Source of the DNA: the human T2T-CHM13v2.0 reference genome, Homo sapiens
DNA: 64,000 nucleotides
NCBI RefSeq assembly: GCF_009914755.1
Contig: NC_060932.1
Strand: one strand, 5' to 3'
The notes beneath the pieces were generated by a model, which did no database searches, had not been told where the DNA came from, and was given only the letters and a program-made list of their open reading frames with translations. Below, in pieces: positions 27,351 to 38,397 of the stretch (its first letter is position 1; each line of letters opens with the position of its first letter). The position numbers and the translations under genes are program-made.

Positions 27351-27660
27351 TAGGGAGTGGCCAGGGCGGTGACCCCTAGCCCCTAGGCACCTGCTGGATA
27401 CAAGGAGTGGGCAGGGCGGTGTCCCCGGCCCCCAGGCACCTGCAGGATACAAGGAATGGCCAGGGCGGTGTCCCTGGCCCCCAGGCACCTACAGGATACA
27501 GGGAATGGCCAGCCGGTCCCCAGACACCTGCTGGACACATGAGTGGCCAGGGCGGTGACCCCAACCCCCAGGCACCTGCTGGACACAGGGCATGGCCAGG
27601 GCGGTGTCCCTGGCCCCCAGGCACCTGTGGGACACAGGGAGTGGTCAGGGCAGCGGCCCC
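27180..27660. repeat. Minisatellite, 49-bp unit x~9.5, upstream of the ERICH1 promoter
   Basis: CCAGGCACCTG anchors at 27186, 27235, 27284, 27333, 27383, 27432, 27481, 27520 (short unit), 27568, 27617. Confidence 0.92.
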
Positions 27661-27749
27661 CACGTCACCCCGGCTTGCCAGACCCCTTCTTGTCTCCCTG
27701 TCCAGCTTCAAGGGCCTCTGCCCTCCCGCTCCACCCCCTCAGGACCCTC

Positions 27750-29090
27750 CTCCTTGAATTCGTTTCTTCCAAAACATTTCCCAGGTGTGTGCCAGGCGCT
27801 GTTCCTCATGTGGGCTGTCTCAGGAGAGGAACCCACGGAGATGGGTGTTTTGGAGGAAAATGAAGCTAGTAGGGCCTAACTGTAGAGTGATGGGCGCGGG
27901 CTTGAGGTAGGTGAGGGAGCAAGACTGGGGGTGCCCAGGGAAAGAGAGCCCACAGGAGGGAAACGATGTCCCAGGAGAACGGCTGCCCTGTTTGAGTTTG
28001 GGGACCAGAAGCAAGGGCAGGATAAGGGGAGCTCAGATCAGGAGGAAAGGAGACCCAGACCCAGGCAGGGTCTGCAGGGAGCCTGATAACTTTGCATGTT
28101 CCAAGAAGCAGGGTGGAAAGTTGTTACACGATGTAGAGCAAAGGGGTGAAATGATCTGATGCATTTTCTTTCTTTTTGGGGTAGACAGGGTCTCACTCTG
28201 GCCCAGGCTGGAGTGCAGTGGTGCCATCACAGCTCACTACAGCCTCCAGCTCCTGGCCTCCAGCAATCCTCCCACCTCAGCCTCCCAATGTGTGGGATTA
28301 CATGCATGAGCCACTGTGCATGGCCTGATGTACATTTTAAAGAAGTCATTTAGCGTTGTGATGACTAGAGTTGCATGGAAGGAAGTGTGGAGATTTCATC
28401 TGCTGCAATAAGAGATGCTGACAGCTCACATCCAAGTGGTGGCACTGGAGGTTCTGGGTGGGGGGGCTAGTTGGATTGTGGACATGTTTTAAGGTAAAGC
28501 CAAAGAGATTTTCCGATTGATCAAACTGGGCTGTGACAGAAAAGGAGAAATGTAGAATGGCTGTAAATTTTTCGTTTGGAAACTGGAAGGCTGGAGTTGC
28601 ACTGAGGAGGTGGAGAGCCTTCTGGGGATCTTCGTTTGGTGGTAGTGTGCAGTTTTAGACAGGTCAAGTTTGAGGTGCTCATAAGATGAGTAAGCATATG
28701 AGGTCATGAAGGGAGCAGGCGTGAACTTTAGAAAGTGGTCCAAGGAATAAGCCCCGAGGGGCTCTGGCCTTTGAGAGGTGGGGAGATGAGGGGGCCCAAG
28801 CTGTGGTACATGAAGGGTGGCCAGGGAGAAAAGGAAGGTCCTGAAGTCAAGTCAAAGAACGAACCACTGGTCTCCAATGATGTGGATGAAGCAAGAGGAG
28901 GACCAGTGATGTACGGTTGCATTTGTAAAGGGCAGAGGCCATCAGGGATCTTGGTTACAGGAATTTTGTTGAAGTGGTAGAAGCAGAAACTTGATGGAAA
29001 TTCATAGAATTTCGAGGAAAAGTTAGACATTGACTGTACACCATTCTCTGGCGGGACCATGCAAATGGGGCAATAACTGGAGGGTTTTTG
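27750..29090 (-). mobile_element. Fragmented L2 remnant
   Basis: Purine-rich antisense-L2-like motifs, e.g. GTTTTAGACAGGTCAAGTTTGAGGTGC. Confidence 0.45.
28163..28325 (-). mobile_element. Alu monomer (FLAM/FRAM/AluJ fragment)
   Basis: AGACAGGGTCTCACTCTGGCCCAGGCTGGAGTGCAGTGG...GAGCCACTGTGCATGGCC. Confidence 0.8.
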
Positions 29091-29098
29091 AAGACAGA

Positions 29099-29118
29099 AC
29101 ACATACACACACACACAC

Positions 29119-29157
<39 letters not shown>

Positions 29158-29168
29158 GAGAGAGAGAT
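29099..29168. repeat. Compound (CA)n(GA)n microsatellite
   Basis: Directly visible. Confidence 0.95.
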
Positions 29169-29914
29169 AATTTGACCTGATCAAATTACTGTTGAAAATG
29201 AGTGATGCAGGAGGGGAAATAATCCCTGTAATGAGGCTGCATCTTGAACTTGTTCTCCACTTCATCATTCTCACCAGCACTCAAGCCCACTGTGGACGCC
29301 CCCATAACAAAATCCTCCCAGGAAATAATGTATTTTTCTCCAGCCCTGTTTCTTCAATCTCTCCCACACTCAAACTGGCGGAAAGAGTTGATTACAAAGC
29401 CCGTCTCCACTTTGACGTCTTCCATGGACTCTGTGACCCCGTCCAGCTTTTCTCTCCACCCCTCCACTGCACCTGCTCCTGACAAAGTCCCCAAGGCATC
29501 CATGTCCCCAGCTCCAACACACAGTTCTCAGTAAGCATGTAACACACTAAGGCCTCCCAGAAGTGTCATCCAATTGCTGGGCCAAACTTGGGGGTCATTG
29601 GTGACTCTCCTCTTCCTCTCTTCCTGAATAACCCATCCAGAAAAATCACATCAAGCGCATTCTACTTGCAACGTGTCTTACTTCCACTGCTGAGTTTGTG
29701 TTTTCATCATTTGTCACTAGGATTTCTCCAGCCTTTTTTAAGTTGATCTCTGAAATCCCAGGATTTCTCCGAGCATTTTTAAAATGATCTCAATTCCACT
29801 CTTGTTCCTCACTCCCATCCTACCGACATTTCTTCTTATAGCAGCCAAAATGGTCATTTTAAAACCTCACTGCCATTCAAAAATCACTGAAGGTGGACCA
29901 TCCAGCAACAGGAT

Positions 29915-30290
29915 AGGGAAGAAAAACCACACAATCACATCATTAGATGCAGACAAAGCATTTGACAAAATCCAACACCCATTCATGATTTAAAACCGAA
30001 ACACCCTCAGCCAACTATGATTAGAGGGTAACTTCTTCAGTTTGATAAGGGACACCTACAAAAACCCTAGAGCTAACAGCATACTAAATGGTGAGAAACT
30101 AGAAGCCTTTCCCACTAAGATCAGGAAGAAGGCAAGGCCCCCCCCTCTTGCCACTGCATCTCACTGTTACACTGCAATTCCTGGCCAATGCAATGAGACA
30201 AGAAAAGGAAATACAAGGTATACAGATTGGGAAGGGAGAAATAGAAGTTTTCTCTGCAAATGACAGGATTGTCTATGAAGAAAATCTCTG
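29915..30290 (+). mobile_element. L1M ORF2 RT fragment
   Basis: Peptides SLDADKAFDKIQHPFMI and ANSILNGEKLEAFP, with stops and frameshifts. Confidence 0.85.
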
Positions 30291-30450
30291 CCTTGCTCAA
30301 AATCCTACATCATAATTCATTGTATAGAGGATACAAATCAAAGCCCTTAAAATGTCCTGAAAGACCCCTGAGTTTTTCTCCCGTCACAATCATGTGGTCC
30401 TTTTCTCCCTCAGTTGCAGTTATTCTGACTGTTCAGTTAAACGAAAATGT

Positions 30451-30747
30451 GGCCAGGCATGGTGGCTCATGCCTGTCATCTTAGCACTTTGGGAGGCGGA
30501 GGCAGGAGGATCGCTTGAGCATGGGAGTTGGAGATTAGTCTGGGCAACATAACAAGCCCCTGTGTCTACTAAAAATACAAAAAGTTAGCCAGGCATGGTG
30601 GCACATACCTGTAGTCTCAGCTACTCAGAAAGCTGAGGTGGGAGAATCACCTGAGTCAGGGAAGTTGAGGCTGCAGTGAGCCGTGACAGCACCACTGTAC
30701 TCAAGCCTGGACAACAGGAGTGAGACCCTGTCTTAGAAAAGAAAAAA
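30451..30747 (+). mobile_element. Alu (AluJ-like)
   Basis: Full dimer, directly followed by a second Alu. Confidence 0.9.
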
Positions 30748-31089
30748 GGCCAGGTACAGTGGCTCACGCCTGTACTCCCAGCACTTTGCGAGGCCGAGGC
30801 GGGTGGATCACGAGGTCAGGAGATCGAGACCATCCTGGCCAACATGGTGAAACCCCGCCTCTACTAAAAATACAAATACAAATAATAATAATAATAATGA
30901 TAATAATAATAATAATAATAATAATAATAGCAGGGCATGGTGGTGTGCACCTGTAATCCAGCTACTCGGGAGGTTGAGGCAGGAGAATCGCTTGAACCAG
31001 GGAGTCAGAGGTTTCAGTGACCTGAGATAGTGCCACTGCACTCCAGCCTAGTGACAGAGTGAGACTCCGTCAAAAAAAAAAAAAAAAAA
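30748..31089 (+). mobile_element. Alu (AluSc-like) with (TAA)n expansion in the middle linker
   Basis: Full dimer; about 16 TAA units at 30881-30929. Confidence 0.92.
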
Positions 31090-31249
31090 GGCATCAAGTC
31101 CTTCTATCTCCCAAGGTCTTCAGGCCTGCTCTTATCTCCCTAAATCCTGTTCCCAGGGCCATGGCAGAGGCCACCTCTGATGCCACCCTCAATGTGCTCT
31201 CAGGTCCCCGTGCACTCCCCTGCTGGTTGGCCTCTGGACTTTCTTTGAA

Positions 31250-31575
31250 GCTTTGGGAGGTGCTCAACTTGGGGAGTGGGGTGTGTGGGTGAGGAGCAGC
31301 CCTCAGTCACTGGGACCTAGAAGCTGAAAAGCTGTCCAGCCTTCCTAAGCTGACGTGCACTCCAAGCTGCTCCTGTTAGAGCACCCCAGCAGGACGGGGC
31401 CCCGGTGGCCACAGGAGCAGCCCAGCGTCACCGCAGCCTCTGGGACGTCCTCTCCTGCCCTGCCTCTCTCTCCCTACTTCCTCTCTCTAGTTTCCTGGGA
31501 TCGATCTCCCAAATGAACTACCTGCACCCAAATCCACACCTCAAAACCTGCTTGTGGGAGAACCCAGGGGGAGAT
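31250..31575 (+). mobile_element. ERVL LTR remnant (LTR16-like)
   Basis: 3' end TTCCTGGGATCGATCTCCCAAATGAACTACCTGCACCCAAATCC...GGGAGAACCCA resembles the recalled LTR16 terminus. Confidence 0.5.
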
Positions 31576-31984
31576 TTAATAACGACGTCCTCAAAAAGTT
31601 CTTTTCTGATGTCACAAACTGTATTTGTTGCCCTTTTCACATTCACCAATAACACTCCATATGTTTCCTTCAGAGAATTATAACTTGTAATTGTCTGTTC
31701 CTTGGGTAACTTCTGGGCGGATCCCTCTCTAGACTGAAGGCTTCATGGGGCGGCAACCGTGGTTTTCTGTGCTGCTCACACGCTGAGAACACAGGAGAGG
31801 CCGTCAGTACATTTGTGTGATTTTCTTGTTGCGGTTGCATGAAATAATATATATATATATTTTTAAAAAACGTGAAGGGATGGGGACGAAATGCAGGGGA
31901 GGAAAGCAAAGGGAAAGTAAATTGTGAAATGAAAATAAATTGGCCTGGAATCTCTCCCTAGTTGAGGTTTGGGCGCTGAATGCA

Positions 31985-31986
<2 letters not shown>

Positions 31987-32020
<34 letters not shown>
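31987..32020. repeat. Poly(T)34
   Basis: Uninterrupted T run with no adjacent retroelement body. Confidence 0.95.
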
Positions 32021-32021
<1 letters not shown>

Positions 32022-33349
32022 ACAGTGGAGACCACTGATAGATTCGGGAGACATTTAGAAGAAATGGACAGCGGCCGGACTTCTTTCTCCCATTCACCTT
32101 TCTACCCCCTCGTCGTTTAGCACTCTGCCTTGAAAATAAACTGCAACTGATGAATATTTTGGTGATCAATTATACGGGGAATTCTTACAGAGCCTGTTTT
32201 TTGTTTAAAGATCTTGGAATTTCTGGAAAAGATTGGTTTGTCCATTCCAAATATTTTGGATGACCTGATTTCATTCTAACTCCCATCCGTCTTTCTATGC
32301 GGTTTGTTTTCGCATCTTTTATCTCATTTAAATGCCGTAGCCATGCAGGTGGAAAGCAGAAATCCATTTCTGCGTTTATGTTAAACTGGGGCTGAGAGAC
32401 TTGCCCAGGGTCGGTGACCGCCCAGGGATCCCCATACCAGCGCGTCTAGCTCCCGCGTTCCGATCCCGGAAGGGAAAACCCATGATCCTGGCGAGGGTCC
32501 GTCCACACGTGGCCAGGGTGGCTGATCTTCCCGGCTGCTGTGGTTGTCAACACCACTTCTCCGGATCGATTTTCCCTTTTCCTCGGCTCTGTCGTCCATA
32601 CGCCACTCACAGCAAACCCAGGCGGCGGGCCCCCTCCGAGGGCGCTCCTTGCGTCCGGACCCAGGTTCTCGGGGCGCCCCCGGTGGGTCCCCGCGAAGCC
32701 GCCGCCGCACACCTTCCTCAGCGTAGCCCGCCAGTGGAAACCGGGGGAGGTTCTGCCTCCAGCACCCAAGCGGCGGCCGCACCTCGCAGTGAGACCCTCG
32801 CAAGCGCCCGCGCCTCCCTCGCCCCGCGTCCCCTCTGCCCCGCGAGCCCCCCTGGGCGCCGAGCCGACTCGAACCCGAGCGCGAGTCCCGCGCACAAACG
32901 CGCCGGCGCGTCTCTAACAGCGGTCCAGAAAGGCTGACCCTGCCCGGGGGCGACGGGTGTGACCGGGTCCCCCGCTAACTTTCGGGCGCGGTGAGCGTCG
33001 CCTGCGCGCGCCGCGGTGGAGGCCGCTGCTTTCCCGCCGGGAGCCCGGCACAGTCCCCAGGTGACCCGCGCGCCCCGCGCAACAGTTGGAGCCGGGCTGC
33101 CCGCGCGCTCCCCAAGCCGGGCCCTTCCCCAGATGCAGCCGCGCGCCGGCCGCCCCCCAGTGCGCCGGTGCCTCCCTGGGCGCCGAGTGCGCAGGCGCCG
33201 GCCGTGAAGACCGACCGTGCGCCGGGCTCGAGCGCGGTCTGAGCGCGCGGCGCCTGCGGCGGCGAACGGACGGACGGACCGCGGACGGACGTACTGACCC
33301 CAACCCGCGAGCCCCGGGAGCCGTCGGTCTGAGGAGGGGCCGCTTCGCC

Positions 33350-33370
33350 ATGTCGCCCCGCACCTGCTGA
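33350..33370 (+). promoter_or_regulatory. uORF (MSPRTC*) in DLGAP2 5' leader
   Basis: GCC ATG TCG CCC CGC ACC TGC TGA; the stop ends 17 nt before the main ATG at 33388. Confidence 0.6.
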
Positions 33371-33387
33371 GCCCGGAGCGTCCGAGG

Positions 33388-33405
33388 ATGTCCGCGCTGA
33401 GGAAG
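33388..33405 (+). CDS. DLGAP2: DLGAP2 (SAPAP2) long-isoform coding exon 1, MSALRK
   Basis: AGG ATG TCC GCG CTG AGG AAG | GTGCGA donor inside a large CpG island, divergent from ERICH1. MSALRK(V) is the recalled N-terminus of the long DLGAP2 isoform. No further DLGAP2 exon recognised in the window. Confidence 0.85.
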
Positions 33406-34254
33406 GTGCGAGCCGCCGGGGGCTGCCGGGAGCCGGGCGCGGGGCTCCGAGAGCCGTCGAGGCGGGGAGGGCGCGGTGTGTCGGACCCGCGGGGACGCCC
33501 CGAGGGCGTCAGGGTTGGGGGCGGGGGCGAGCGGGGGTCGTGCCGCCCGCCGGGGCCGGAGCGCTGGGGACCCCAGGGACAGCCTGTGCTCGGGGGTCGC
33601 GCGTTGCGCTCCTCGCCGGGCTCCGCGCATCCCTGGCCGCGCTCGGGGGTGCCGGGACCCTGGGCTCCGGGGGTGCGGGAGCGCACGGGGCCGCGGAGGT
33701 GTGAAATTCTCCGCTCTGCCTGCCCGGGGTGGAGGGGGCAAAGCCTGGGGGGTGCCGGCGCGCCAGGGGCTACGCGCCTAGCTCCGGTGGGGCAGCTGCG
33801 AGCGAGTGGGGGCGGCGGGCAGCAGACTGCATCCCCCTCCCCCCAAGCCCGGGTGGAAACGCCGACGGGGACTGGGAATGAATGAAGGGTGCCGGGCTGG
33901 GCTGCGCGCACGGGGGCTCGCGGGGGCGGGGGCGACCAGGATGGGGCCCTTGTGCCGGGCAGCAGCGGCTGCCGAGACCAGGCGGAGTGGAGGGTGCGCG
34001 CAGCGAGGGGGTGGCCGCCGCCCGGCTCTCCAAGTGCGAGCGAGGAGCTCGGGGTCTTTTTTAGGGGTGGTTGCTAAGCGAGGCGCTACCCAGCGCAGGG
34101 TTTTGTAACTAAGCCTCCCCCGGCAGCGGCTGTTGCTGTCTCCGGCTCCTTCGCTAACGATTGCAGGAGAAATAATGAGGATGTAATTATTACAGCCCTG
34201 CGCGGAGGGCTGGGGGGCGGCGGACGCGGGCTCCTCTGCCTGCGCGCCCAGGTG

Positions 34255-34290
34255 GGGCTGGGCTGGGCTGGGCTGGGCTGGGCTGGGCTG
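34255..34290 (+). repeat. (GGGCT)7 pentamer repeat
   Basis: Directly visible. Confidence 0.9.
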
Positions 34291-34580
34291 GACTGGACGC
34301 CTCTCCCCGCCCGGCCCTCCCTCAGCGCGCGGCGTGTGCGGTGCCCGAGGCTTCGGAGCAGGCTGGACCTGGGAACCCGGGGAGGGGCCTGGAGGAGAGA
34401 TAGCTGGGCGAGGTGGGCGCCGGCGAGAAGGCGGAGCCCCCGGACAGCGTAGGTTCGCAGGTGGAGAGCGGACGCGGGGGCGAGGGTGCGCGGCGGGTCT
34501 GCGATGCGCGTCGGAAACTCGCGGCCCCCGGTCCCGGCCCTGCGCGCTTGGAGCCCGGGTCCTTCCAGCCCCTGCGCGAC

Positions 34581-34604
34581 GCCGCCGCCGCCGCCGCCGC
34601 CGCC
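34581..34604 (+). repeat. (GCC)8 trinucleotide repeat in CpG island
   Basis: Eight uninterrupted GCC units. Confidence 0.95.
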
Positions 34605-37600
34605 GGTGAATGGCGATCCCGGCCACGGCCTGGAATTGGAAATTCGTGACTTGTCGGCGGCCCCGGTCTTCTATCGATTAAAGATAAAGCGATCAGCAGT
34701 GAATTTATCCTTCGTGTGGATGAACTCGGCCAGCCCGGGCTGTGGGGGGTTTGGGAACTGTAAATATTCTCCAAAGCGCCGCCGCTTCTCCCGTCTTCCC
34801 GGACTCGAGGCTGGAGGCAGCTCCGGCGACGCGAAGGGGGGTACCCCCCGGAGAGGTCGGGCCTGGGGCGCGGCGGACAGAGACCCGGTCCCAGAGCCTG
34901 GCGGAGCCCGACAATCCGCCCTGTCAGGAGGAATCTCATCAACAGCCCGTGAATTAATTGTCCTTGCAGTTGGGAAATAACCCGGTACCTCGGCGTAGCC
35001 CGAGGGAGTCCAGGAGGCTCTCCAAGGAGCCTTCCCCCGGGTCGCGAAGCTGCGCTAAACCCCGGCCCCAGCGCACCTTGGAAGGCGCATTTTGGCCTGA
35101 GGTGAACGCACCTTACACCATTTTCATTTTACTTCCTTTTCTCTGAGAAAGGTAATAGATAACCAAGGCCAAAAATGGCGAAATGATGAAAAAATGGTAA
35201 TTCTTGGCAGGTCAAGTTGTTACTCTGGGTTTAAAAAAATGTCATTAATCAGGATTTTCCAGTAGCCAAATTGTCTTGTGCCGGCAGCTGGGTGACTCAC
35301 AGATTTGGCTCCAATAGTAATTGTAGAGTGTGCGTACCATTTCCTTCTGGATGGTGTGACTTTTTCATTGCTTGGAAGAGAACACATTAGAATATTTTAT
35401 CCCCTACATCTGGCAGCATGGGGAGCAGGCTGTAGGCAATACTCTGTCCAAGCACATCTGGGCGGGGAGGCCGTGGAGGGACCGAGGTGACACAGAGCCG
35501 GCCCTGTCCTCGGTTCTGTCTCGGGTCACCTGAGGCATCTTCACCGCGGCAGCTCGGGCGCGTGGGATCTGCTCTCAGTGATGACCTGGGACGCATCCTG
35601 CCTCTGTGCGCCATTCCTGCCCCTTCACTGTCACTCCTTGGTGATCGCCCGTGTTCTTGGGTAAGCAGTGGAGAGGCACAGAATGGCTTCCTCTGTTGAT
35701 CTACCGCGTCAAATCTGTATATTATAATTTCAGGTTAAAGGGTAAGAGTTGTAAGCAAAATGAGTACTACGTCAAATAATTCAAAGGAACGAAGTAATTA
35801 AAAGTAAAGCTTTCTCAGCACGAAGATGTTTTCTCAGATAAGCATTCTAAGTCAACTTTTCATAGTATTCAATGTCTATTTGTTATTCTTCGAAAGAACT
35901 TTGCACTTATGATTGTCCAAAGTGGTACAGCTTGAGACAGAAATAAACATGTATTTATTTACCAACTTTTTGTATGCCTTTTGTTACTTGTGATTTAAAT
36001 GGGTTAATTCGATTTTTAGTTTTGTAGAATTCAGATCACATGACATTATTTCTCCCCAGTGACATACATGCCCTTCTGTGGCAATCTATTGCTTCTCTTA
36101 TTTGTGTCTACTTATTTCAGTTTTGAAATTGGTAGAAATTCCAAATTAAATATTAAAAGCAAAAATAGGCTTCGTGGAATTTAAATTACATTGGATTCTG
36201 TGTACCCAGAACCCAACTAATTCTGAAACTAAAGTGCTCTAATATCTTTTTAAGGGTGAGAGGATTTTGTTTTGTTTTATTTTGAAGATATCATCTTCCA
36301 TAATGTTGAAATTGAAGAAATGCTATAATTTTTTTATTATATAACTGTATTTGAGGAAAAGCTTCATGACTCCTCAGTTATCCAAGGAGTTGAATGATGT
36401 ATACTTTGATTATAGATTTTAAAATGAAGTTGATTAAATATTCTATTTATTGACCCTCAGGATGGATGCTCCATGGTCATTCATTGGATACAATAAAAAT
36501 AACTATGATTCATCATTTTGGCCAGATGGGAGTCATATTTAGAGCATTGCCATCATGTTGGTTATAAAAGAATTACAGGCTGCCATACAGGAAGTTAGTA
36601 GGCACACTTTCTATGCAGTTAAAAATTATTCTTAATCAACCGTAGTTTTACCAACTAGTTTTCATCATACGAGGCTTTCTACTGCCACTAACTTCTTCAA
36701 TATGTTTTGTTGTTTCCTGGGTACTTGTGCGTACAAAAACTGAGCATAGTGATTTCACGTGTGCTCATGACAAAAGACTTTAATTTCTAGGGAAGTTAAG
36801 CAGATGGGCTTTGGCATTGACCAGGCATGGGGTCGTAGGGTGTGCAAACTCTAGTTTAAATCTTGCATCTACTGGTAGCCACCTTTCCCTTCCAAGGCTT
36901 AACAGCAGTAACAAATTAATCTCCTCAGCAAAGGCAGTAGGAGCTCATTTGTAAAGCTCTGTTTTTCTTTTTTCATGTCATTCTTCTGTGCACTGACTTC
37001 ATCTGCCTATGAAAATCTTCTCCCAGTCCTCAGGTCATGGGCCTTGACATGCAGTCCCTTAACTTTAGCTCCAGGAGAGGGGCCTGGGTGTTCTGACATC
37101 CCGGTGATGGGTGTCCGCTGCAGGTGCACCTCTCCTGACTTGATGGCAGTGTCTTCATGTGGGATGTCAGTTGCCTTAGTTCTGGAAGTGTCCTGTCTGT
37201 ATTTATTGGCGGGCCTTCAGGAGTTGAGCTTTCTAGACCCGTTACTGCAGACTCCAGTGTATTTGCAGTTCAGTGTACGCTTCCCTTTCCAGGCAGCAGC
37301 CAGCTCCCCTTAGGGAACACCTGCCACCTCATGGGGTTGGCTTGGCGGACCCTACTTCCCGTCAGAGGTGGCTCCTGACTGGCCGGAGCCCTAACTCCCT
37401 CTCAAGAGCAATTGGATGAGTGAAGAGCGGGAACTTTCAAGGAGAGGAAAGCTTTAGGAAAAACAGCGGGAAAGGTGTAAGGCCTGCAGTTGTGGCATCA
37501 GTGCACAGCCTTGCAGGGATGGCCTGTCTGGAAATGACACCTTCCTCATCTGTCTGTGGAGGAGAAGGGCGGTTGTTATGCAGAGAGCTTGGTCCTGAGG

Positions 37601-38111
37601 ATGCTGTTGGAAGCTCTGAACTAAGTTATGCCTGAACCATCATTACCCCGTGACTTTCAGTTACATAAACCAGGAGATTGTTTCTTTGAACTGAGTTTTC
37701 TGTCCCTGACAAGCAAATGGGATGTATGGGCTTTTAGTTTCTTCAGACATTTCCACATTAAACCTCTTGTTGCAGGGAAAGGCTTATTCATCTTCGGGTA
37801 CTGTTTCTTATATGGTACATCGTGTGTATCGGCAGGAAAAAAAGAGAAAAATTTAAATCAACCATTTTAAACAATGAATAAACATTTGGAAATAGCCCAT
37901 CTGTAAACTTGTGTTAAAAATTTTTAAAGTAACCTGTGAATCTGACTGATCGTTGTCTTTAAAATGTTTCATACTCTGTACAAAAGAAGAAAAATGGGAA
38001 TGATCTCAAGGGTCCATAGAGTATGTATTTTAAGTTAGGCGGTATTGAAAAACATCCTTTTGTGTGTAATGAATGTTTGTCCTGTGACTTTTGCACAGCA
38101 TTGCAAGTGGC

Positions 38112-38397
38112 TTTTTAGAGACAGGGTCTCCCTCTGTCACCCAGGCGGGAGTGCACTGGCATGATCATAGCTAACTGCAGTCTTGACCTCCTGGGCACGA
38201 GTGATCCTCCCACCTCAGCCTGTCTAGTAGTTGGTGTATGTCACCGCACCCAACTAATTTTTACTTTTTTTTTTTTTGGTAGAGACGGAGGTCTTGCAGT
38301 GTTGCCCAGGCTGGCCTTAGATTCCTGTCCTTAAGGAATCCTCCTGCCCTGGCCTCCTCAAGTGCTGGGATTACAGGAGTGAGTCACTTTTCCCAGC
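38112..38397 (-). mobile_element. Alu (AluJ-like)
   Basis: Diverged antisense dimer. Confidence 0.88.

Larger units (their letters stand above)
32400..35100 (+). promoter_or_regulatory. DLGAP2: DLGAP2 CpG-island promoter and exon 1 / start of intron 1
   Basis: About 2.7 kb of very GC- and CpG-rich sequence containing the MSALRK exon. Confidence 0.8.
34130..35960 (+). ncRNA. Possible unspliced lncRNA (recalled as LOC401442) in DLGAP2 intron 1
   Basis: Mostly recall of the locus annotation. Sequence support is limited to CpG-island sequence at the 5' side and AATAAA at 35942-35947 followed by U/GU-rich sequence. Boundaries are guesses. Confidence 0.3.

Noticed and set aside
34431-34450. RE1-like GGAGCCCCCGGACAGCG in the DLGAP2 island
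   Set aside because: Only the right half-site is good; the left half is mismatched and the spacer is one base short. Half-sites at ~48152, ~48183 and ~59814 rejected likewise.
32381-34980. Many overlapping Arg/Pro/Gly-rich ORFs (up to 397 aa)
   Set aside because: Stop codons are scarce in a CpG island; only MSALRK has a donor and a known match.
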